DNA of 64,000 nucleotides from Bugula neritina (lineage: Eukaryota > Animalia > Bryozoa): NCBI GenBank assembly GCA_964035545.1, contig OZ037770.1, positions 992,001-1,056,000 on the forward strand, read 5' to 3'. Shown here in pieces: positions 13,785-25,677 of this stretch. The notes under the pieces are model-generated. The model had not been told where the DNA came from. It made no database searches and worked only from the letters and a program-made list of their open reading frames with translations. How positions within the stretch are numbered: position 1 is the stretch's first letter; every line of letters begins with the position of its first letter. The translations under genes and the position numbers were made by a program.

Positions 13785-15127
13785 GGGGTAACGGGGGGGG
13801 GGGGGGGCACAACGGGCCGAATTTTGCATTTTTTGCTCTCATTCATCTGATTTTCAAGTTACAAGTTCAATAATCTCTAGTCTTAATGCTGCATCGGTTG
13901 TCTATTACAGGTATCAGTTTGTTGTTTCTATCTCTCTCACAACTTTCAGAATAATGAAATTTTCATGACGAGAAAATCGGCCCGTTGTGCCCCGGTACCA
14001 GGGTACAATGGGCCACTGAGTGGGACACAACAAATATACTGAAACTTTGCAGATTTTGTTGCATCTGATCTTTATTTATTTAATATTACAGATAAATACA
14101 AATATTCTTTCAGATCTAAAGCAAAATTCATGTTTTAGCTGTACAGTTTGTGCCACCACTGATAGCAGAGGAAGGCAAAATTAACGCATATCACTCAGTT
14201 TTACGGTGTCATTATCACTACTGTTTAGAACTAAAAATGTTTTTTTTTATTTACACTTCAGAGGAACTTTTATCAGAAAAAAAAACTTTAGTAACATGTA
14301 CTACAAAATTCTAAGTTGACTTTTTTCTATGAACTGTAGCTAAGGTGCATGGCTTCAGTTTGTGGCTGGAGTACGGAAGGGAGAGGGGGGAGCGAATGAG
14401 CAAATCACAATTTATTTTAGTCAAATACATGACGTATATTCCCTCAATAATATAATGTATAATGAACATCATGACTACTAGTATAGCAAGTAGCAACAGC
14501 AGAGTGTTTTGTATTATGTATAAAATAGCATATATAGCTTTAACCTCACCATGCAGATGTATATATTAGGGGGGCTTCACCTTGTAGTTTGGTAGTCTTA
14601 CCATGATGTCTTTGATATTTTACAAAAAGGTCAGAAATGGCTATATCTATAGATTTTAGTAACATTTCAACCAACTTTTTGGGCAAACAAACTAATAACA
14701 GTGATCAGGGTGCAATGATCAGGTGACTCATTGTGCCCCGGTCAGCGTGGCCCATTGTGCCCCAGATGGCCAAATTGAACATAAATGTGCCTCAAGGAAA
14801 ATTTATTTTAGAGTTTGCTGTTATACTAGTTAAGCAATGTAGAGAAAAGCAATGGCAACAATACCAGTAAAATCTAGACTCGTTGCCTTTGAGTGAAAAA
14901 AGTTATAAAGCTTTAACGACATCTAAAAAATTTTACAAAGAGTAGGTAAAAACAGTTTTTCACTTGCCTTTTCAACACGTATGTTCCGGAAGTGTTGAAA
15001 CTACAATGGCTGAATATTTATGTCAATACCTTTTTATGAAAAAAATCACAACTCTACGTCAATAATAAGTTCTCTCACAATTTGGGTGGCTTTTGTACCC
15101 CTATGACCGTTGTGCCCCCGTTACCCC
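13785..15127. mobile_element. Non-autonomous TIR DNA transposon with TA TSD (Tc1/mariner/pogo-like)
   Basis: TA|GGGGTAACGGG(G)nCACAACGG ... CCGTTGTGCCCCCGTTACCCC|TA. TIR-motif copies occur internally at ~13980, 14730 and 14750. No transposase ORF. Confidence 0.8.
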
Positions 15128-16978
15128 TATTTACTGTAGTTTTTAGACCCATAGTTTTTCATGGGTTCATGATTCTCGGTAAACTGGTACTGTTTGGGTG
15201 CGTCATCTCTACCATCTTCTCTCTCCCTGACTCTGTGTATGTGTCTGTAGATCCGTTCTCTTATAATAATAACACATACACAGTTATTTACCTGTTATCA
15301 TCATCATATTGAAAAACATTATATTCATTCAGTAATTCTTTTAGGTATTTTAACAATGCCTTGCTGGTTTTATAATATATTACTTGTTCTTTGAAGTTCT
15401 AAGTCTTCTGTTGCTGCTCTAGTACTATGCATATGCTAGCTAATTCTTTCTCAATTTGGGCCATCAGTGTTATCTAGGCTACTCCAAACAGCTCATAATT
15501 GTTGCCATATATAATAACTTCAATTTTGTAGTTACTACAAACTGTTGTGATCATTAGAATTTCCATCATAATATTTCAGCTAATTATATGATAAATATTA
15601 TCAATTGTGGTGGAATGACCTATATATTTCAATTGGTTTAATAGCATTCTAGTCTTTACAAATTCTTAAATATGAGAAGAGCATTTCATTTGAATTTTAG
15701 TGAGTTTCAACATTTGAATGTAAGATTGTCTTTGATCTCTCTATACTTTAATATGCACATAGCAGCAAGGCATACAGCTACTAACCAAGCTAAAATATCA
15801 TAAGATTATATATAATTCTGAATTCAGAAAAAAAAATAATGTAATTAAAACATTGAATGATTGGTGAAATAAAGATTTTGTTCTGCAAATGCTATAAAAA
15901 AGCAACGATGACTTCATGTAGAAAAGTGCATTAAAGTTGAAAGGTAGCTATGAAAACACTTTAACTTTTTCCCAAATGGTTTAGCTAACGCAGCTTAAAC
16001 ATGTTAGTTATAGAGGCTATTGATTGCCATGAAGTTTAATATTATATTTTAATTAATGTATTTGGTAACTACGAGTACTCTAGGTGCGCTTAGGGGTCAC
16101 TACCTATTCTATAGCCTATAAAAATGGCATGATCTTGGAGCAAAATTACTAAAACTGCCCGAATAATTGCGCCCTAAGCTTGGTTGTTACGTGGAATAGT
16201 CATAGAGTTATAGAACCTACAATTACCCATATATATACGAGTAGGGAATCCGAAAGTGCCCTAATTGAGTAAGTTAAAGCTCAAGAATGCACCACGTTTA
16301 AAGTTTACTGCTGCTTTTATCAGTTCTTATACTCCGTCAACATATTTCTCTGCCAACTATCAGATTCATAGAATTACAAGTCAGCTGCAAATCCTTCACA
16401 TTATATGTGACGTCATACACATGATGTATGTGTAAACTTTGTGCGACATTATTATTTTTTTACTGCTGATAACTTTTTCCAGTTCAATTTCTTTAGCTGA
16501 GACTGAGTGTGCTTCCATAAAAGTTGTGCAACACGTATAGCTATACACTGTCTTTATAGCCACATATAAAACTGTAGCAAATCTATATAAAGTTATGTAA
16601 ATGGTAGATATGCATATTGCATATATATTTTGTAGATATGTTTTCAATTTAGTTTATCAGCAATTATAGTTGTCCACCAATGCTTGCACAAAGATTAGTA
16701 CAGTGCGTAAACAATTTTTATAACTGTAAATGAAACTACAGTTTCAAAATATAATTGTGAAATATAATTTTATTGGCAAAAATTTTCACCAATGAAAAAA
16801 CTATATTATATATAAACTGGTTGGAAAATTTCCACTTTTCCTGGAAAGCTTACAAATAGTCTTAAGCAAGTTTTTAACAAGTCATTTCAGTTGTGAGATA
16901 AACAACAAATGACCTTGCAATCATTGTAATGTAGATAAAAATATTTCACTCACTCTCAATTACTCATTTAGCAGTTTA

Positions 16979-17141
<163 letters not shown>

Positions 17142-17720
17142 TTTTCTATTCACTCAGCACAATGAGTATCTTTTCTAGAGAAATGTTTCTCAATTTCTTC
17201 ATTGCTTCATCTACTTCCTATAATAGAAACAGATTTCAATTGAACTGACAAGTGATGTTATATTGGTGTCCCTGTATGTGGTGTTTATTCATTCATTACA
17301 CAATTCATGCCGGAATACCAACCATCCAGTTTGAATGCTAATCACTCACTCGTGCTTCTTGAGTAACAAGAAACTGAATTGAGCCATGCATATACTGTTG
17401 ATAAATTTATATATTGTCACATTTAGTTAGCAACATTCCTCACTGATTTATATATTATGGTGTACGTGTCAAGAACGTTGATGGATGTGTTTGTTTGTTT
17501 GCACACATGGCTGATTTTATTAGACTGTGACCCAATGAGACACAAGTGTGCTTTGAATTTTGAATATAATACTTATAGCTGCACATATATAAGTTTTTAC
17601 AACCTTGTGTAGAACCCACGCTATAATAAATTAAATTGTTTCATGAACAGAAGTATTTAAAAGAGAACAGAGTTTGAAATTATAAACTATTATTGTCGGT
17701 GTGCTTCTTACCGCAGGAAC

Positions 17721-19617
17721 ATGTTTCTGAAAATCACTTTTGCATTGATTGGTAAGTTTTTAAACTGGAATTTTGTAAATTACTTGCTGACTATATATAT
17801 ACTGCTTATACAGAACTTATCAAAGTAGGTTACATGTATTTCTTATTTGTCTATAAAATTATTTCATAATATTCTCAAACACACAAAATTGAAACCTACA
17901 AATGCATATATGCTAGCAACATTTAATCCAATTTATTGCAGTATCATTTGAAAAATATGCACAGTATTTATTAAATGCAACATTTATTATAGTTTCCAAT
18001 ATACATGATGAATTGTCAGCTATTTAACAAGAATGTTTTTGAACTATAATATAGGAACTTTTATCTCGTGTGTTAAAAACAATTTTTATTAGAATATCAG
18101 AATAACTATTTGTGAGGTTTTTATTTTGTTTTGTGTTGCAGCATTGTTGGCCGGCCCTGCAGGGGCTAGCACACGCTGTAATCTGTATAACCTTGGTGCA
18201 AATGCTGGACTCCCTTGTGGCCTACAATGGTGGCAATCAAATGACCTTGGGCAATCAATTACAGTTTCTAACAAGATATCAGACTTTGCACGGAGTGTTT
18301 TGGATACTATTGACCCAGCTCTGTACAGCAGTATTAATTCTACCTTGACCGGGCAAATCGCGGCTGAATCAGATGATCCTCTAGCCAAAATTATTGAGTC
18401 CGTTCTTACAGTGTTGCCTTTTTATTCAAATTTTCTGGCCGATTTTCTGTACAGCTTAGAATTGACTCCAGATATATTATATATTTTCAACCTGTCTCAA
18501 GATTTTGCAACCAAAGGGTTCTTGCAGCAGCTGGCAAAAGAATATTTTGACTTTTCATGTTCACCGTAAGTAGTTTGTATTCATTGCAAATTTGTGTTTA
18601 TTATAGGGCATGATATAGTGTTATGTTGGCCTACTGTAAAAGGTGACTATAGTAATAGTACTGAACTTTCTGCAAGAGATTATATTACGGTTTAATTCTC
18701 TCCACATTGTAGATACGGAGTTAAAAACTTTACAAGCTGCATTTCCAACTGGGTTGATGCCAATTGTGACGCAGAGGACAACGTGGCTTACCTCAACCAG
18801 ATTTTCAACAGCCTGGCTAATGAATACTGTGATGGCAACTCTGTTAAATCCAGTGTTTTGAGAAGTGAGTTAATTAATCGCAAATTTTCTAATTTTCAAG
18901 TAGAAATAAACTAGATGAGTCACTAAAAACAGCAGCTACATTTGATATCAAGTTTGCCCTTATGAGTGACAGGGAAAAGTGACACACTTTAAAATTGTTA
19001 TTGCAATATATTATTTCAGCATGCTTTTAATCAAATCTACTATACTGTACTCTTCCAATTGATTTACATTATTATATATAATTTATATGAACATAATATG
19101 TCTACATGTTTGCAGCTTTCAACAGAAACTTTGGAGTGTTTGGACAAGGACTGGTAAAACTTTACGGAGTTGAAAAAGATCCATCAAGTTCTTTTCAGTT
19201 CCGTCTGTCAAATAGCTCTCGCCTTGCAGACATCATCTCTGGTGCTAACCTGACAGCTGTGACAGATTATGCTAATGCTTGTACTCCACTTTTATTAGCA
19301 TTGGGTAATGAAATAACAGAGTTGAGTGAGGCAAACAGCACAATAGGCACTGGTGATGCCTTGCAAAGTATCATAGGGTGAGTAGAACAACTTCAGATAT
19401 GTAAAGTCTGTCATCATGCTACATAGTGTGATGTCTTTGGACATGTCATCTTTCTTTTGATTCAAAAGTCAATTTTGGTCTAGACCTGCATAACTATTAA
19501 AGCATATATGTTACTATAAGATAAGCCTGGATGTTATACTAACACATTGGGTGCTTTCTAATCTATAATTTTGTTAACCAAGACTGCATGAGCTTGTTTA
19601 TTATCACCTTTACATTG

Positions 19618-19672
<55 letters not shown>

Positions 19673-21405
19673 GTATTGATAAAATTTCGGATATAAAATA
19701 AACTTATTTATTCATTCTATCGACTACAATATTGTTTCACGTAGTGCGAGCTACGATCATCAGGTCGTTATGTGTACGGTTGAGTGGTTTTGTTTTGAAA
19801 TTAACATTGTTTGCGTATTACTACGCTGGAATGTCTTAACTAGCGTCTGTCAAATGCGCAAGTAAAAATTTGCGTTTATGTTTACACGTGCTGGAAAGTT
19901 CTTTTCGTTTGTTAAGGGAGGACAATTCCAGTTGGTTTAAAATTACATATTTTTCATAGTTGCATAAGTTACATCTGTTAGTTATGTTTGAGTATGATTT
20001 ACAAATTTTTAAAATATTCCATTTTAGGCTGAATTTAGTGTTGTTGTCTTTTAAATTCCAGATGTGTTTGCTGAGCTGTGTGTTGTTAGCTTTATCTGCA
20101 TGTAGGAAAGAGGCTTTATGGTTATTGAATCGTGTTTTGAAGGTGGTTGAACAGAGTCATATGTACGATTGGTTACAGTTATTGTCATGTCTTGTTACAG
20201 TTGCTTGGTATATCACGTTTTTGTATAAGCATTTACCATTTAATGGACAGTGGGAGGGTTGTTTACAGTTACATTGTGTGTTGTTTGAGTTAGTAGTGGT
20301 AGTAGGGGTGTATGCAGTTTTAAGTTTGTGTTGGTTTGAGCCATCAATAATATTTTCATGTTGGGCATGCACGAATAACTAATTTTTATGGTTTTCCTAT
20401 TAAAAATTTTGCTTAGTTGGTTGGATGGTGGAAAGCATTGGTCGATAATTTAAAGAAATTTCTTCCCTATTTTGGTTTTTACTGTTGAACTAAAAGGTGG
20501 GTTGTACCACAATATGTTTCTATTTCTATTTTTATTATTGTTGCTGGATTTAGGTGTCGGGTTATATTTTAATTTATAGTCATATCCGCTGTTTGATAGT
20601 TTGATAAAAAGCCCCACATGACCTAGCTAAATCAATCACAACTAAGCTTTTATTACATATACATATTATTGATGGCTCAAACCAACACAAACTTAAAACT
20701 GCATACACCCCTACTACCACTACTAAACCAAACAACACACAATGTAACTGTAAACAACCCTCCCACTGTCCATTAAATGGTAAATGCTTATACAAAAACG
20801 TGATATACCAAGCAACTGTAACAAGACATGACAATAACTGTAACCAATCATACATAGGACTCTGTTCAACCACCTTCAAAACACGATTCAATAACCATAA
20901 AGCCTCTTTCCTACATGCAGATAAAGCTAACAACACACAGCTCAGCAAACACATCTGGAATTTAAAAGACAACAACACTAAATTCAGCCTAAAATGGAAT
21001 ATTTTAAAAATTTGTAAATCATACTCAAACATAACTAATAGATGTAACTTATGCAACTATGAAAAATATGTAATTTTAAACCAACCGGAATTATCCTCCC
21101 TTAACAAACGAAAAGAACTTTCCAGCACGTGTAAACATAAACGCAAACTTTTACTTGCGCATTTTACAGACGCTAGTTAAGACATTCCAGCGTAGTAATA
21201 CGCAAACAATGTTAATTTCAAAACAAAACCACTCAACCGTACACATAACGACCTGATGATCGTAGCTCGCACTACGTGAAACAATATTGTAGTCAATAGA
21301 ATGAATACATAAGTTTATTTTATATCCGAAATTTTATCAATACCAAATATAAATACTCTATTTTCCGAAATATTGAGTTCTTTTGATTCATTTTTTAATT
21401 ATAGA

Positions 21406-21441
<36 letters not shown>

Positions 21442-21651
21442 CGCACATACGTAGACATAATCTGGGAAGTATTTCCATGTATATTTAGCTTCTTACATTG
21501 TCCTCTAATTGTTTTCAGAAGTGCAAGCTGCTATGTGGAGTGTTTCTTAAAGGCTACTGGTCAATTGGTGCCTGAGTTGGCAACTCCTAGTGTTCTAGAC
21601 AAATTTTCACTCATACTTCGGCGATTAGGTCTTTCTGTAGATTTAGATTAG
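17721..21651 (+). CDS. Uncharacterised secreted protein (~333 aa); exons 17721-17751, 18142-18565, 18713-18864, 19116-19377, 21519-21651
   Basis: Phase-compatible GT-AG exons give [19 protein letters not shown]|STRCNL..., which looks like a signal peptide. The protein has scattered Cys and several N-x-S/T sequons. The 3' end is less certain. Confidence 0.7.
19666..20605 (-). mobile_element. 5'-truncated Penelope-like retroelement (RT-EN linker plus GIY-YIG endonuclease), decayed
   Basis: Minus strand encodes [49 protein letters not shown](*)L, with stops and a frameshift. The 3' end abuts (TA)n. Confidence 0.88.
19721..19767 (-). ncRNA. Minimal type I hammerhead ribozyme (Penelope-associated)
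   Basis: Minus strand reads CGAC-CUGAUGA-U-CGUAG-CUCGCA-CUACG-U-GAAA-CAAUAUUG-UA-GUCG. Confidence 0.8.
20663..21350 (+). mobile_element. Second, inverted Penelope-like fragment (GIY-YIG endonuclease plus 3' end)
   Basis: ORF 20800-21180 reads VIYQATV...[16 protein letters not shown]...CNLCNYEK...LNKRKEL. It is the reverse complement of 19666-20353 with several substitutions. Confidence 0.9.
21250..21294 (+). ncRNA. Minimal type I hammerhead ribozyme (Penelope-associated)
   Basis: GAC-CTGATGA-T-CGTAG-CTCGCA-CTACG-T-GAAA-CAATATTG-TA-GTC: core boxes, stem II, palindromic stem III and a GUA cleavage triplet. Confidence 0.8.
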
Positions 21652-22592
21652 GCTTTACTATAGTATGTATTGCTGTATCATTATGATGTTATTTATAATG
21701 CAGTTTTTGTTGCAATAGTTGAGGGGACAAAACTCCTACCAACGAACTAACAACATGTGCTTTGAAAAGTGTTAACTTTACACACGATATTACTAAAGTT
21801 ACTTGCTTAAAAGGTTTTAACATTTATTCTGTGAGAAAATTGTTTGCCAAAATAATAAAATTCAAAATATCACAATTAATGAATTGTAATGCTTAACCAC
21901 TTTGTCTGTTAAACTAAATTTTAGTATAGATTTCTATTTCAATTGTGTAGTATAAGTTCACTATTATAGTTCGATCACTATAGTTTACTATTATAGTTCA
22001 CTATAGTCAAATCAAATTTAACTAATTTTATCTTAGGCTGCTGATGATTGAGTGACTCCAATGAATGATGCAACAATCAGTGAGCAAAAACCAGATGACT
22101 GCTTTTAGCTGTTATTATGACCTACTTTTTTGGCCTTTCTATTAGAATTTTGCAATGACTAATAAAGGCTATAGATATGCTTTGACTTCATTATACACAC
22201 ACACACATATATATATTTATATATATTTATATATATTTATATTTATATATAATATCAAAATGCTTGCCAACAAAAAGAATATTAAAACAAAACAGACACC
22301 CTGGTATTTGATGGGAAAATGGCAATTGCAAAAGATATCATATAACTAAAGGTGACTAAAAGCTTTGTCTACTCAAATGGCCCTGTTTCCAGGTAAAAGA
22401 GATAAAACATTCTAAAACATTCAACCTATATACAAACAATAGCACATTAGCAAATTGGGTATAATTATTCAACCAATAATAGTGAAAATAGTTATTTTAG
22501 TGAAATGAGTGTAAGCCACAATGCGTTTGAAGTTTGCACCAAACCAAAATATTTAGCGCAAATTCTTATCTTGTACAAATCAATAGACAAGA

Positions 22593-24820
22593 TTATGTTG
22601 TGTTCAAAACGTTAGTCTCAGGTAAACAAATGTTATAAAAAGTATTTAAATGGAAACTGTTAATATTTCTCCACTGTATCCAGCCATCTCTCTGAAGTGT
22701 AGATTTGGTAGTTGTCTGTTCATTGTCATCAAGTGTAGACAACTCATAGTAATGTGGATCCTACAATAATGTATGGATTACAATAGCTTCTCATTACTGA
22801 TAAAAACACAATTAAAACTGATTGCTGACTTTTAAAATACAAACAGCGAATGAAATGAAATAAATGGAATTGGTGAGATTCCCTTACTAGTACTAGCAGA
22901 TATGAATCTGATGTGAGAGAGGAAGTAGCCAGTCCCACAATTCCTTTAGAGGAAGTGTCAGATTCTCCGCCTACAAATATGTATGTAGAGAAATATTATT
23001 GGATGAAAATACTCAAGAGATCACAGAACCTGTTGGGAAAACTCTGGCTTTCCAATAGAACATAACTCCTACGCTTGACTAATACTACAAATTTAGATAT
23101 TTGTTACTCTAATCATTGGTTTAAACTCTTTTGCATTTATGAAATATATGATAGTACTGATTATAAACTACCCTGTGCCTCTGATATACAATTCATCAGA
23201 AACAATACAAAGCTATATATAGAACTGTATGTCTGTATGTTTGCTAAGTAAACAATAAACAATGTAACACTAACCCATCATAAGTACAGATTGATTTGAG
23301 AGAAAGTGGTTTCTTATCTCCTGAATGTGAGAGTTTAACTGGTAGCCACTACTAACATGTAATATCTTACAAGGTATCTACAAAACATATGCAGTGAGTT
23401 ATTCTAACTAATTATTGGTATTGAAATATCTATTGAAAAGAAAACATGCAGATAATTCACCACAATAAAGCATGACATGCAGGTAAACATTAATATACAA
23501 ATCTTCAGTTTATCTTTAAAGTTTCCACCCCTGTGAGAACCCCTGAGGGCGAGAGCTTCTACTCCTGTGAGAAACCCTGAAGGCTATTATATGGGCCAAG
23601 GATTCAGTATAATGTGACTAATTGTGCCAAATGTCTTTATGGCATCACCAATAGTATTACTGAATTTGACCCCGTGACCTTACGTTTGCTAAGTAGGCAC
23701 TTTAAATGTTGGACTATAGTATATTATATTACAAACATATTATATTGCATTAAAGATACAATACATTCTATCAGTAATACCATGTAGTCATGTACTAAAT
23801 AAAAAATACTTTATTATAATATAAAGAAATTATTGTACGATATATATATAGAAATAATTGAAAGATATAATTATACTAGAAATATTAGAAATAAATTATA
23901 GTATATGATTCTATTAGAAATTATATATTAAATATTCAATTATAATATCAAATTAATATTGTAATATATCATTGCGTCAAAAATGTATTAGATTCTAAAT
24001 TTTGAAACTTTATCAATAAAATAGAATTTTGCACTTTTAAAGGGTCAAATTCAAACTAGCATAGAGTTATGATAATAGTAAATCTAAATGACTTACATCA
24101 TATAACTTGTCAATAACCAACCCCACTTCTACACTGCCAATCCACTCCTTAGAGCCGACAAAACTCTTTTCCTTGTCGCCAATAGCAACCAGTATTTCCT
24201 GTATTTCCTGTAAGCTGGGCACGGGCTGACTGACTGCCTTAGAACTTATCCAAGAGCACATTGTCTGGAGGGTACGGTAGCCACACCCCCAACCCTAGAA
24301 AACACAACTTAACATTAGACTACACGGCATAAAATAAAGCATTTGGCACAGTGTGTATAGTGTTTTCGTATTTAAGGTATGCAGGGGCGTACAATGTGAT
24401 CATTTTGAAGGGGGTTTGATGTAGAAATGGTCAGTAGACAAGGGCAATATTTTCAGTAACTAAGCTAACTGCAGTGTTGAGTTTACCCAGCAGTCTCCGT
24501 GGCGTAATGGTTAGCATGCCTGTTTGCAAGCCAGAGGTCTCGGGTTCGAATCCAAGTGAGAGCAAAAGTTTTATACTAACAAATATACAAACCAATTATT
24601 TACTGTAAGTCAAACACTTTGCTTTCAACATCATGCTAAAGATAATAATAAAGACTTGTAATAGTAAATATTCCACGCAAACTACAATATAAAATTGTCT
24701 CACCCTGTCATCTATTCCATCACATTTGTAGTGATAATATTCATAACCTGAGCTCACAATAATCTCATCACAGTTAGGGGGCGGGTCAAGCCCTTCGTGT
24801 ACATCCTGTAACAGGTTCAT
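22593..24820 (-). CDS. UFSP1: Ufm1-specific protease 1-like (peptidase C78), ~222 aa; exons 24820-24704, 24294-24097, 23377-23275, 22970-22888, 22760-22593
   Basis: YEYYHY..DGIDDR|GWGCGYRTLQT (catalytic Cys), FVGSKEWIGSVE, LVL|DPHY (Asp/His), FYNICLP. It lacks the long UFSP2 N-terminal domain. Confidence 0.9.
24474..24565 (+). mobile_element. tRNA-derived repeat (SINE-like)
   Basis: A box TGGCGTAATGG and B box GGTTCGAATCC with an imperfect cloverleaf. It shares its leader gtgttgagtttaccc with copies at 49076 and 49304. Confidence 0.7.
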
Positions 24821-25677
24821 CAACCTCAGTCACTATATACTATCAAAACTTTGCCACCTTCTACAAAACAGAAGAGAACTGTCTATTGAATGCATACTAT
24901 TGTAAACTACAGTAACCTGGATGACCAGAAACTTGCAAGATTTTGAAGTTGCATTTATATTTGTTGATATAAGAAGTTAATTAATTCCTATTATGTAAGA
25001 AAATATAACGCAGTAGTCAAGTAATACAGATTTCGGGAATGGATTAACTGTCACATATTAGAATATTAACTCAGCCACATTTTATCATCTATTCCTTTGG
25101 TTTTCATTCGACTCAGGTTTCAAAAACTCTACCTAGCGTAAGGCTTCCTGTTGCACTTATAGACTGAGTGTCCTACAACTTGCAGCTAAGAAACTACAAT
25201 AAGTACTGATCGGCTAAAGCACACAGGCTATGTAAACTGGAGCTAGTCTACATTTATAGCTTTTTCATTCGGTCTACTATAATACCACATTTCCTGTGTT
25301 CATTCCATCAACTGCAGAACAAGAAATTTCTAGCTTGCTTTTTAGAGACCACAGTTCTATAAACTAATGAAAAAGTGGCTCCAATTTGTTTTCTTATGGT
25401 CACCTTTGGTCAACTTTCACCGCCGTGGTTCTTATATCTAAAGCTATTTTACAGTGAAGAACGAATAATTACCAATTTGATAAAATCTACCTCAACTCAA
25501 TAAACTTAGAATCATGTGCAATGAAGTAACGTGCATTTCCTGTCAGGTTATTGGAAAGAATAACCGTATGAGCCAACTGAATAAATCAGAAAGAAGACAA
25601 CTTGGGTTTAGAAACATCAACAATGATCTGTATTAAACATAAAAATGTACAAACAAGTTTGACTATAAAAATAAAAA

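Noticed and set aside
20155-20162. In-frame TGA in the left Penelope arm as selenocysteine
   Set aside because: It replaces the Gly of YIG (GGA in the other arm) in a copy with other lesions, so it is a simple nonsense mutation.
19960-21056. Hydrophobic ORFs 19960-20382 (+) and 20580-21056 (-) as membrane proteins
   Set aside because: They are antisense shadows of the Penelope GIY-YIG coding sequence.
19666-21350. Inverted repeat as an assembly fold-back artefact
   Set aside because: The arms differ at several positions, have unequal lengths and enclose a unique spacer. Such structures are normal for Penelope elements.
24490-24565. Functional tRNA gene (also 49090-49165 and 49320-49390)
   Set aside because: Stems are mismatched, anticodon arms differ between copies and flanks are shared, which fits a tRNA-derived repeat.
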